From Desulfobacterales bacterium (GTDB taxonomy: Bacteria; Desulfobacterota; Desulfobacteria; Desulfobacterales; ETH-SRB1): DNA of 45,318 nucleotides. Position numbers and translations under genes: made by a program. Shown piece after piece: positions 33,532 through 40,767 of this stretch (its first letter is position 1; each line of letters opens with the position of its first letter). The stretch spans positions 1 to 45,318 of the forward strand of contig JAUWOS010000002.1 in NCBI GenBank assembly GCA_030611985.1. The letters are read 5' to 3'. The notes beneath the pieces were generated by a model. That model ran no database searches. It was given only the letters and a program-made list of their open reading frames with translations, and was not told the DNA's origin.

Positions 33532-34011
33532 CTACTTGAATTCGTGAACCAGTATAAAGTCGTTGTTGGATCTGGTTCCGTGGCAGCCAATACAGCCCGT
33601 GGGTTTTCCAAAAGGCTTGGCCGCACCCTTGGGTGTGTACTTTGCCCAGAACCAGTCTCCGTCGTTGGGATTGTACCCGGGGACCTTGTACATCACGGTG
33701 ATGGCCTTAAGCTCCCTGGCCTTGCTATAGTTTTCCTTTACAACGATGGCTCCCTCCTTAACAGGTGGTTTCGGTGAATTCACCGCACGGTCATTTACGT
33801 AAACCTTGTGTAATGGACCGTGGGGAGCACGGCCTGGTTGCATCCCCTGATGGTCAGACCAAAATGACCATTCCTTGTATGGAGAAACCTTTGTGATATA
33901 ATGCCACAGCGCGCCCGGATCTGCTCCGGGCATATCCGCAAATGCAACAGAGCTTGACAGGAAACAAACTGTAACGACTAATACTCCGATAGTTATTGCC
34001 ACTTTTTTCAT
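33532..34011 (-). CDS. Cytochrome P460-family periplasmic haem protein
   Basis: Signal peptide, a ...NDGDWFWAKY... segment, and a single C-terminal haem motif CIGCH followed by NDFILV, as in P460-fold proteins. Confidence 0.65.
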   Translation of the reverse strand: MKKVAITIGVLVVTVCFLSSSVAFADMPGADPGALWHYITKVSPYKEWSFWSDHQGMQPGRAPHGPLHKVYVNDRAVNSPKPPVKEGAIVVKENYSKARELKAITVMYKVPGYNPNDGDWFWAKYTPKGAAKPFGKPTGCIGCHGTRSNNDFILVHEFK

Positions 34012-34076
34012 TGTAAACCTCCTTTTTTGATTTATAGCCTGTTTGAAAGGTCTTCATTTTCGCTTGGGACGGACGC

Positions 34077-34268
34077 TTACCCCTTTATTTTGCACGTGGA
34101 TGTTCCAAAGAGGGTATTATACAGTCCACACCACCCTGTAACAGATGTAATGATTGGCAACAGGCCAATAACTCCCCACCAACTCTTCAAATAAATGCCA
34201 ATTGCAATCACAATGAGTCCTATAACTACTCTGACGATCCTGTCGGTTGTCCCTACGTTGTATTTCAT
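34077..34268 (-). CDS. DUF2892 (YgaP-like) small membrane protein
   Basis: MKYNVGTTDRIVRVVIGLIVIAIG...LLPIITSVTGWCGLYNTLFG is the typical DUF2892 pattern. Confidence 0.75.
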   Translation of the reverse strand: MKYNVGTTDRIVRVVIGLIVIAIGIYLKSWWGVIGLLPIITSVTGWCGLYNTLFGTSTCKIKG

Positions 34269-34375
34269 ACGTATCCTCTCCTTTCAAACAACTGTTTTGG
34301 CTCAAGATCTTCGTCGCTCATACTATCCGTCACACCAGTACTCTCGATTCTGAGCTTGATTATGATTTCAATAAG

Positions 34376-34756
34376 TCAGTGAAGCGCTGACTCCAAGTCA
34401 CTAATCTTGGTTATCGGTTTCTTGCAACTGTATTGCTCGCATAAGTAAACCGCAGGCTGATGATCCACGGGATGCATAGACTCGACAAGGGGAGACAAAC
34501 CGGCAAGCCTTTTCCCCTCTGACCCATCAGGGCGCAGAAGCATGACCTTGTTGGGCAAAAACCTTCTCCGTACGGCACTAAACATGGCCCGCGTGGTCTC
34601 AAGAGCAGAGTCTCCGGCAATGACAATCTCCAGGCTCGGACCTACCATAAAATCAAGGGCAGCCAATAGTTGTGTATAAGCCAGACGATTTGAATGCCCT
34701 TTTGGATTTTCGTAAGCCAAGTTTAAATGACCTCCCAAAAAATGTGATATCTCCAT
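34376..34756 (-). pseudogene. C-terminal remnant of a YyaL/DUF255 thioredoxin-domain protein
   Basis: GPSLEIVIAGDS ... KVMLLRPDG ... PAVYLCEQYSCKKPI resembles the last ~120 aa of YyaL-type proteins. The ~500-aa N-terminal part is absent. Confidence 0.55.
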
Positions 34757-34911
34757 AAATCAGACCGCTCATAAAGCGTAAGCGGTCAAAAAAGGATCTC
34801 TGTGAAAATACTTACCCCATCCGAAATTTTCCCATCTCCGCCCCTTGCGCAATAAAAGGGGCAAGAGCAAAAAACAGACCTAATAGAACTACTCTCCATC
34901 TCCTCATGATT

Positions 34912-35097
34912 CTATGCCTCACTTTCCAGGGCGCACTGCGTAAAATCAATCTCTTTTCCGCATCCCTTGCATACATGTTTTTTGTCAAATTCATCTGAAA
35001 AAATCTCTATCTCTTTTCCACAGTGAGAACATTTGCAGACAAAAGACTGCAAGTGCTGTAACTGTTCAAAACCAGGGCAGTGTTGCGGTGTAGTCAT
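34912..35097 (-). CDS. Small Zn-ribbon / rubredoxin-knuckle protein, copy 1
   Basis: The ATG at 35097 follows GAGGAGGT. MTTPQHCPGFEQLQHLQSFVCKCSHCGKEIEIFSDEFDKKHVCKGCGKEIDFTQCALESEA has two CxxCG knuckles. Confidence 0.55.
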   Translation of the reverse strand: MTTPQHCPGFEQLQHLQSFVCKCSHCGKEIEIFSDEFDKKHVCKGCGKEIDFTQCALESEA

Positions 35098-35172
35098 AAT
35101 AACCTCCTCGTACAATCCCTCAAAGCCTCTTCTATCTCACACCTGTAAAAAAAACTGCAAAACGCTTCGATG

Positions 35173-35331
35173 CTATTCCGCTCCACGAGAGTCGTCACAG
35201 GGTTTGTCTTCATTGGCTCCCCTTGCATGCTCTGCACTGGGCGTTGTGGTACAGAATGGGAGAGGCTCGTCAGCTTTCTTCTTGCCTTTTTTCTTCTCGT
35301 CTTTGTATGTGGTCTCTTTTTCTTCTGTCAT
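35173..35331 (-). CDS. Possible 52-aa Lys-rich ORF (not in track)
   Basis: The ATG at 35331 follows GGGAGGTG. Translation is MTEEKETTYKDEKKKGKKKADEPLPFCTTTPSAEHARGANEDKPCDDSRGAE. It is low-complexity with no homology recognised. Confidence 0.25.
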   Translation of the reverse strand: MTEEKETTYKDEKKKGKKKADEPLPFCTTTPSAEHARGANEDKPCDDSRGAE

Positions 35332-35644
35332 GATTTTCACCTCCCTTTGCCTTCAATCTACTTCATACTTCAAGAAATGTGCAGCCATTCATGATTCTAC
35401 TGTATTGAGGATCAGTGCCCAAGAATCAAGGTCAGATAAGTCTCGATACCCTTTTATAGACACCGTCTTCTTCCAACCCCGACCGCCGATCCCTGACCCC
35501 CAGTGAACGGGTTACTTCACTTTATTACTTCAATGTCAAGAGTAGCGATATTCACCTTTACCGGAGCATATTCTGACGGTATAAGCTCCAGAAACTCACC
35601 CACTGAGTTCGGGACAAGGCTGTAGTAAAGTGTAGCAGTAATCT

Positions 35645-35932
35645 TTACAGTGCCCGGTGACGTATTCTGGGGTATATCCCACGAGTAGGTCTCAATTTTG
35701 TCTCCCTCGGGCCAATTCTATAATCCACTAAGACGCACTGCGTAAAATCAATCTCTTTTCCGCATCCCTTGCATACATGTTTTTTGTCAAATTCATCTGA
35801 AAAAATCTCTATCTCTTTTCCACAGCGAGAACATTTGCAGACAAAAGACTGCAAGTGCTGCAACTGTTCAAAACCAGGGCAGTGTTGGGGTGTAGTTATA
35901 AATAACCCTCCACCAGGATCAAGCGTAGCCAT
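35645..35932 (-). CDS. Zn-ribbon protein, copy 2, translationally coupled to desulfoferrodoxin
   Basis: The ATG at 35932 overlaps the dfx stop (TAATG). The core TTPQHCPGFEQLQHLQSFVCKCSRCGKEIEIFSDEFDKKHVCKGCGKEIDFTQC is nearly identical to copy 1. The original ATG is mutated to ATA, and the C-terminus diverges. Confidence 0.45.
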   Translation of the reverse strand: MATLDPGGGLFITTPQHCPGFEQLQHLQSFVCKCSRCGKEIEIFSDEFDKKHVCKGCGKEIDFTQCVLVDYRIGPRETKLRPTRGIYPRIRHRAL

Positions 35933-36306
35933 TATACTTTCCACAAACCGTGCAGGCTGCAATACTCGCGGACCGTGACTTCACCTGCTTCAATATTAAA
36001 CACAGCTTCAGGCGCTTCACCAGGCTTCAGAAACTGGCGATACGCCTTTCCATTATCGATCACCTCAATCCATTCGATATAGTGCTTTTCCTCCATAGGA
36101 TGGGCAATGCTTCCGACCGTTACCTTGAAACCGGTATCAATCTTTTCAACAACGGGCAGATGCTTCTCCCTGGCTGCATCTACCGTATTTTCAACAATAA
36201 GCTTCATCGGTTTACCGCAACAGACAAGTTCCCCTTTGCCTTCATGAACCATCTCTACAATGTTTCCGCATACTTCACATTTGTAAACTTGCAGTTTCTC
36301 TGTCAT
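35932..36306 (-). CDS. dfx: Desulfoferrodoxin (superoxide reductase, 2Fe type)
   Basis: The N-terminal desulforedoxin motif is [11 protein letters not shown]...LVCCG. Centre II has H..H...C..H-type ligands ([12 protein letters not shown] ... YCSLHGLW). Length 124 aa. Confidence 0.9.
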   Translation of the reverse strand: MTEKLQVYKCEVCGNIVEMVHEGKGELVCCGKPMKLIVENTVDAAREKHLPVVEKIDTGFKVTVGSIAHPMEEKHYIEWIEVIDNGKAYRQFLKPGEAPEAVFNIEAGEVTVREYCSLHGLWKV

Positions 36307-36466
36307 TTTTTGTTTCCTCCTTGTCGTTCCTATCCAAATAATTTCATTGTTTCAGATTAACTATGTGTGTATAGAAAGTAAATGGGGTGAACACCTTATT
36401 TTATGAAGAAAAACACCCCATTTGGCGACCGGCTCTGTATGTAGAAGTCTGACCTGTCGCCTCTAT

Positions 36467-36880
36467 TCACAAGCATTCGTCCTTTCCTGGATCATAAAGA
36501 TCGTAGCATCCGTCGTCGAAAAAAACGGATTTGATCAACGCAGCAATATCTGCCAGGTTCAGTGAGTTTTTTGGGATAAAAGCATCGGCCCCGCCATCGT
36601 AAGCCGCCTCTCTGTATTCCCGCGAATCATAAGCTGTAAGGATGGTGATGGCTATTTCAGGATGACTTGCCTTGATTCTCCTGGTAAGCTCAAGACCGCT
36701 TTCGCCGGGCAATCGGATGTCCATAAAGATCACATCAGGCAGAAAAGTCTTGATTTTTTGAAGGGCATCGGTTGCATCTGGAGCTTCCTCAATAAGCATA
36801 AAGGGGAAACGCTCACACAAGGCACTTCTAAAGGTCTTACGAAAAGTAGTGCTGTCATCAACGATTAGTGTTTTCAACAT
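36467..36880 (-). CDS. Stand-alone response-regulator receiver domain
   Basis: LIVDDS ... DVIFMDIRLPGESG ... LTAY ... PK pattern (CheY-like). No output domain and no adjacent kinase. Confidence 0.8.
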   Translation of the reverse strand: MLKTLIVDDSTTFRKTFRSALCERFPFMLIEEAPDATDALQKIKTFLPDVIFMDIRLPGESGLELTRRIKASHPEIAITILTAYDSREYREAAYDGGADAFIPKNSLNLADIAALIKSVFFDDGCYDLYDPGKDECL

Positions 36881-37041
36881 CCTGTTTTACCTGATAGCTG
36901 TAGTTGTGAGTTGTGTGAGTGTATTTTGCTCTGTTTACAAGCTTGCTTCCGAATTGTAAATACGATATAGAATGTATATTTTGGAGTGGGATAGTGTATT
37001 TTTTGAAAATTTAAGGATATTGCTTTGCCTTTGAAATGCTT

Positions 37042-37114
37042 GAGCCGTATGAAGGGAAACTTTCATGTACGTGTCTGAGGGTAGGGAAGAGGCCGTAAAG
37101 CCTCTTCCCTACCC
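37042..37114 (+). mobile_element. Group II intron 3'-end remnant (domain V plus a domain VI-position hairpin)
   Basis: GAGCCGTATGAAGGGAAACTTTCATGTACGTGTC (34 nt) fits the domain V consensus GAGCCGUAU....GAAA....A.GUACGGUUC. It has a GAAA tetraloop and a 2-nt bulge, but two mismatches opposite the AGC triad. Three nt later there is a perfect 15-bp hairpin (37079-37114). No upstream intron domains or IEP are present. Confidence 0.55.
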
Positions 37115-37221
37115 GATCCATCAATGAAAGAGAATAATCATCAATGAAAAAAATCAAAAGGAATGATCTTTTAAAAGCCTGACACAAGAATATTAAATAT
37201 TAAGCTCTATCCGAAGCAATA

Positions 37222-37562
37222 TGGGAGAGGTTTGTCAGATTTGTATCCACCTATCCAGGTATCTCAGCTTTTGTTCCTTGTGGAGTGACTGTTACCTGCG
37301 AGATTTTTATGTCCGTGGAAGAACTGGAATCTATCAGGCTGAGCGATTTTGAACACCTGGATCAGGAAAAACAGCCGCAAGCATGATGAAAGTATCTAGA
37401 CATACCTACGGTCGAATTCTTGCCAATGCCCGCAGTATCGCAGCAGAAGCCCTGGTTGCCGGAAAAGCCTTGAAAATCAAGGGCGGTGCATATGAATTGT
37501 GCGGCATGGGCGGGCATCGACACAAGAGATGCGAAAGAAAACATGGAAAGGAGGTGAGTAAT
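37222..37562 (+). pseudogene. DUF134 (UPF0251) DNA-binding protein, frameshifted
   Basis: One frame gives ...FVPCGVTVTCEIFMSVEELESIRLSDFEHLDQEK, then a stop at 37384. The next frame gives AASMMKVSRHTYGRILANARSIAAEALVAGKALKIKGG. Together they reproduce the DUF134 pattern (F.P.G...ElEalRL.D...l.qeeAA..MgVSR.T..R.L..AR.K.A.ALv.GKAL.I.GG). The shift lies near the A5 run at 37367-37371. There is no canonical N-terminal MPRP start. Confidence 0.5.
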
Positions 37563-37772
37563 ATGCCACAAAAAGATAAAACAGGTCCCAGAAGCCAAGG
37601 TCCGAAGACAGGACAAGGTCGTGGAAAATGTGGTACTAACTACGGAAACCCCGCTATAGAGAGTCTAGACGACGGTATGGAAACCGGCAGGGGACAGAGA
37701 GCAGGCAATGGCGCAGGCCGAGGTCAGGGAAAAGGTAGAGGAGCGAGACAAGGTCGCTGCATAAAACGATAA
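37563..37772 (+). CDS. DUF5320-family small Gly/Arg-rich protein
   Basis: The ATG at 37563 follows AAGGAGGTG. MPQKDKTGPRSQGPKTGQGRGKC...GRGQGKGRGARQGRC resembles the MPRGDGTGP.G.GP.TGRG.G.C family. Confidence 0.6.
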   Translation: MPQKDKTGPRSQGPKTGQGRGKCGTNYGNPAIESLDDGMETGRGQRAGNGAGRGQGKGRGARQGRCIKR

Positions 37773-37776
37773 AAGG

Positions 37777-37815
37777 TAAGGAACGTGGACGAAATAACTT
37801 CGTCCACGTTCCTTA
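37777..37815. repeat. Perfect 15-bp palindrome built from two inverted R1 half-cores
   Basis: TAAGGAACGTGGACG - AAATAACTT - CGTCCACGTTCCTTA. Confidence 0.85.
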
Positions 37816-37852
37816 ATATGAAAAATCAATCTATTTACCGTGATGTCTGATA

Positions 37853-38359
37853 GTGAAAGATATAAAAAATATTATTGAAAGCCTCCTTTTTGTTGCCGAA
37901 AATCCGCTTGCAATAGATCGCATTAAGAATGTACTTGCTATTTCTGATGTAAAGGATATCAAAAATGCACTGTCAGTGCTTTCAGATGAATATGATGCCC
38001 GCAAATGCGGTTTTTTTTTAAGCGAGGTTGCCGGCGGATATCAGATCCGCACTAAACCTGAGTATGCAAAATGGATCAAACGCTTAATACAGCCAAATCC
38101 AATTCGTCTCAGCAAGGCGGCCATGGAAACACTGGCAATTGTCGCCTACAAACAACCAATAATGCGAAGCGATATTGAACACATAAGAGGAGTTGATTGC
38201 GGAGGAATTCTTCGCACGCTGTTTGAACATAAACTCATCAGGATTCTAGGCCGTAAGAAAATTCCAGGCAGACCATTGATTTATGCAACCACAAAGCAAT
38301 TTCTGGAGATATTTGATTTGAAAGATCTGAAAGACCTCCCCGTGCCAAAAGAGATATAG
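37853..38359 (+). CDS. scpB: Segregation and condensation protein B
   Basis: IIESLLFVAENPLAIDRI ... GGYQIRTKPEYAKWI ... LSKAAMETLAIVAYKQPIMRSDIEHIRGV is the canonical ScpB pattern. GTG start. Confidence 0.85.
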   Translation: MKDIKNIIESLLFVAENPLAIDRIKNVLAISDVKDIKNALSVLSDEYDARKCGFFLSEVAGGYQIRTKPEYAKWIKRLIQPNPIRLSKAAMETLAIVAYKQPIMRSDIEHIRGVDCGGILRTLFEHKLIRILGRKKIPGRPLIYATTKQFLEIFDLKDLKDLPVPKEI

Positions 38360-38370
38360 ATTTACAGGTA

Positions 38371-38423
38371 AGGAACGGGGACGAAATAATTTCATCAACT
38401 ATGCATCATAGCTTCAGACCGCC
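38371..38423 (+). repeat. R1 core (variant) plus module b start
   Basis: AGGAACGGGGACGAAATAATTTCA, then TCAACTATGCATCATAGCTTCAGACCGCC (compare 31117-31145). Confidence 0.7.
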
Positions 38424-38425
38424 TT

Positions 38426-38533
38426 TTCACTTGTTCTGTGACTCTGCCACGGAATGCCTTGCTGAGTACAGTCACTTTATAAGGCAGAGCTTCAAAGGAA
38501 TGCATTCCCAGGCAGAGCCTGGGAACGAGTGAA
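38426..38533 (+). repeat. Dispersed repeat family D, copy 2
   Basis: TTCACTTGTTCTGTGACTCTGCCACGGAATGCCTTGC...ATGCATTCCCAGGCAGAGCCTGGGAACGAGTGAA. Matches 66-190. Confidence 0.7.
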
Positions 38534-38556
38534 ATGCATGGCATCAGAAAAAACGC

Positions 38557-38586
38557 TTGACTTAAAAATTAATAATCCACTACAAT
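38557..38586 (+). promoter_or_regulatory. Candidate sigma70-type promoter for tRNA-Val
   Basis: TTGACT (38557-38562), an 18-nt spacer, then TACAAT (38581-38586). The tRNA 5' end lies 28 nt downstream. Confidence 0.45.
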
Positions 38587-38614
38587 AACACACCTTTTTG
38601 AATTTCCAGGGAAT

Positions 38615-38689
38615 GGGCGGTTAACTCAGTGGGAGAGTGCTACCTTCACACGGTAGAAGTCACTGGTTCAAATCCAGTACCGCCTACCA
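38615..38689 (+). tRNA. tRNA-Val (anticodon CAC)
   Basis: The full cloverleaf folds by hand: acceptor GGGCGGT/ACCGCCT, D arm ACTC-AGTGGGA-GAGT, anticodon arm CTACC-TTCACAC-GGTAG, T arm ACTGG-TTCAAAT-CCAGT, and an encoded CCA. Confidence 0.9.
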
Positions 38690-38698
38690 TTAATATCA

Positions 38699-38737
38699 AG
38701 AGCTTACAGCAATATAAAGCTGTGAGCTCTTTTTTTA
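38699..38737 (+). terminator. Rho-independent terminator after tRNA-Val
   Basis: AGAGCTTACAGC - AATATAAA - GCTGTGAGCTCT (12-bp stem, one G:U) followed by a T7 run. Confidence 0.75.
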
Positions 38738-38800
38738 TGCCCTTTTATAGCAGACATTCGTTGTGAATGACTTGTTGGCGGTAAGTATTGCAGCAATAGT

Positions 38801-39997
38801 TTATTTTCTTCTAAATAGCATAGCTTCTTCCGGCGTAGGATCAACAGGAATTTGAGCGCGTTTATGAAGGTGAAACGCTTCCTCAATTAAATCTGTGAGA
38901 AGTTCTGTAAATAATACCGGTTGTTCAATTGCTTCCCACAAGAAGTATCCAAACGATCCGGGGATTGGATTAATCTCATTGAGCCATATCTCATGTGTTC
39001 GTTCATTGTACAAAAAATCAATACGTGGCACACCCGAACCATTTAAGGCTTCAAACGCATTCACAGCCCATCTGCGAATATTACGTTCAAATTCTTTGTT
39101 AAGTTTTGGATTAAGCTCACGCGTAAGAGAAAGCATTCCTTGACTAATTTCACCAGGAGTTTTAGAGCCTGCTTTATTGTCTTTCCCTGACAGGTATTTT
39201 TGCTTGAAGTCCAATAACTCTGCACTATGCTTTGGACACTCAATAGCAGATGTAACAATCTGCCCCTTATTCATTCTCACCGCAATGTTGAACTCAACTG
39301 CATTTTCCACAAAGGGTTCCACAATAGCAGTTGTGTCATACTTGAAAATACGGGGCAAAACAGCGTTTAATTCCTCTGGATTATTAACCCTTGCTACGCC
39401 TATGCTACTGCCGAGATGACATGGTTTAAGACAACATGGGAAATTAAGATCTTTTGTCTCTTTAATTAGCGATTCTTGAGACAAAAGCAAGCCCTCCAAC
39501 GGTTTTTCAATAACTTTGCAAGGTAACAACGGGATTCCTGAACCTGAAAGTATGCGTTTAGTGATGGCTTTGTTCATAAAAACACTTGATGCTATCGTTC
39601 GCATACCGGCATATGGTATGTTGGCAGTTTCGAACAACCCTTGTATTTGTCCATCCTCGCCGATCAAACCATGGAAAGCGGGTACAGCTACATCAAAAAT
39701 GAATTGTTTTGATTGACCGAATATTCCCTTTTTAGATGAACAAAGCATGCCTTTACCCATTACGCCAAGATCAATTGTTACAGATGTAAGTTGTTTCAGG
39801 GTGTTGGCGTCGGGAATGTAATTTTCACGTTTAAACAGCGGTTCACCTGTCAGCCACGAACCATCTGCGGCAATGTAAACAGGAAAAGGGTCATAACGTG
39901 ATGAATCTATTGCCTGTAACACTTGTAACCCTGTGACAATACTTACATCATGTTCTGGTGAACGACCTCCAAAAAAAACCGCAACTTTCTTTTTCAT
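38801..39997 (-). CDS. D-alanine--D-alanine ligase-family ATP-grasp enzyme (long form)
   Basis: MKKKVAVFFGGRSPEHDVSIVTGLQVLQAID is the Ddl N-terminal signature, and the C-terminus has RIDFLY ... WLNEINPIPG. The ATG at 39997 is preferred. Confidence 0.75.
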   Translation of the reverse strand: MKKKVAVFFGGRSPEHDVSIVTGLQVLQAIDSSRYDPFPVYIAADGSWLTGEPLFKRENYIPDANTLKQLTSVTIDLGVMGKGMLCSSKKGIFGQSKQFIFDVAVPAFHGLIGEDGQIQGLFETANIPYAGMRTIASSVFMNKAITKRILSGSGIPLLPCKVIEKPLEGLLLSQESLIKETKDLNFPCCLKPCHLGSSIGVARVNNPEELNAVLPRIFKYDTTAIVEPFVENAVEFNIAVRMNKGQIVTSAIECPKHSAELLDFKQKYLSGKDNKAGSKTPGEISQGMLSLTRELNPKLNKEFERNIRRWAVNAFEALNGSGVPRIDFLYNERTHEIWLNEINPIPGSFGYFLWEAIEQPVLFTELLTDLIEEAFHLHKRAQIPVDPTPEEAMLFRRK

Positions 39998-40154
39998 TTT
40001 GATATCCCTGATATTAATAAAAGTTCCCAAATGAATTATTGTACTATAATTTTAATAATTTAGCCTGAAGCCTTCATTTATTGATGAAGCTGCAAATGAT
40101 GAAGCTGCAAATCGAATGGATAAATGTTCTATTTTGGCTACACTCGAATGATAT

Positions 40155-40754
40155 TTACTTTACTTTTTTAACGACCTTGTAAACATACGTTCCAGTTGAC
40201 GATGGCCATCGTTCAGTCGCATCTACGTCAAGTTTTTTTGCTCTTGCAATAGCCTTGTCAACTTTCCCTGCAAACCGGCTCAAGTCAAGATTCGAGGAGT
40301 TGTAACTTTCGAGTTTGTCCCTGAGCATTTGCTTCATTTCCACTGAAGAAATTGATTTTTTCCGTGTCGAAGCATGATGCAGGTAAAGCCATATCTCAAA
40401 GCAGGGATTGCTCACAGCAAGAAAAAAATTGTTCTGCGCGGACTGGCTTGACACAGCAGACAATTCTCCTTCCGGCCACCGATCGACATCAATCATCAGC
40501 CAAAGCTCATCATCCCCTTTGAGCTGATACTCTTTCTTAAATTTTTTCAGTTGCTCAAGAACGTATTTGGGGGCTGATCTTCCTTCTAAACTAGCGATTA
40601 TCTTTACCTGGCATCGCCTGTTCCGAAACATGGAAAAATATTGCTTCTCGGTTTTCTCTCCTTCCGTTGCAATCACGAAAAGTCTCGCATCACGATGCGG
40701 TTCCGGCCGAGTACGACGATCAAGGGGTCTTTTCCGCCTTGTTGTCAATGCCAT
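40155..40754 (-). CDS. RloB-like (AbiLii-type, Toprim-related) protein
   Basis: LFVIATEGEKTEKQYF ... LWLMIDVDRW ... LAVSNPCFEIWLYLHH are the RloB family motifs. Confidence 0.8.
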   Translation of the reverse strand: MALTTRRKRPLDRRTRPEPHRDARLFVIATEGEKTEKQYFSMFRNRRCQVKIIASLEGRSAPKYVLEQLKKFKKEYQLKGDDELWLMIDVDRWPEGELSAVSSQSAQNNFFLAVSNPCFEIWLYLHHASTRKKSISSVEMKQMLRDKLESYNSSNLDLSRFAGKVDKAIARAKKLDVDATERWPSSTGTYVYKVVKKVK

Positions 40755-40767
40755 TGGAAAACACCCC

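Noticed and set aside
35496-35515. CCCCCAGTGAACGGGTTAC as a solo family B terminus
   Set aside because: Only the GTGAACG core and GTTAC match, which is too short and divergent to call. It is mentioned only as a possible remnant.
36380-36423. 10-bp hairpin (AAATGGGGTG ... CACCCCATTT) between the response regulator and dfx as a terminator or riboswitch
   Set aside because: It has a 24-nt loop, no following U-run on the gene strand, and no recognisable conserved motif. It is left unannotated.
37383-37772. The 129-aa ORF as one ordinary protein
   Set aside because: Its N-terminal half is only the C-terminal part of a DUF134 domain, whose beginning is in another frame. Its C-terminal half is a separate DUF5320-type unit with its own RBS and ATG.
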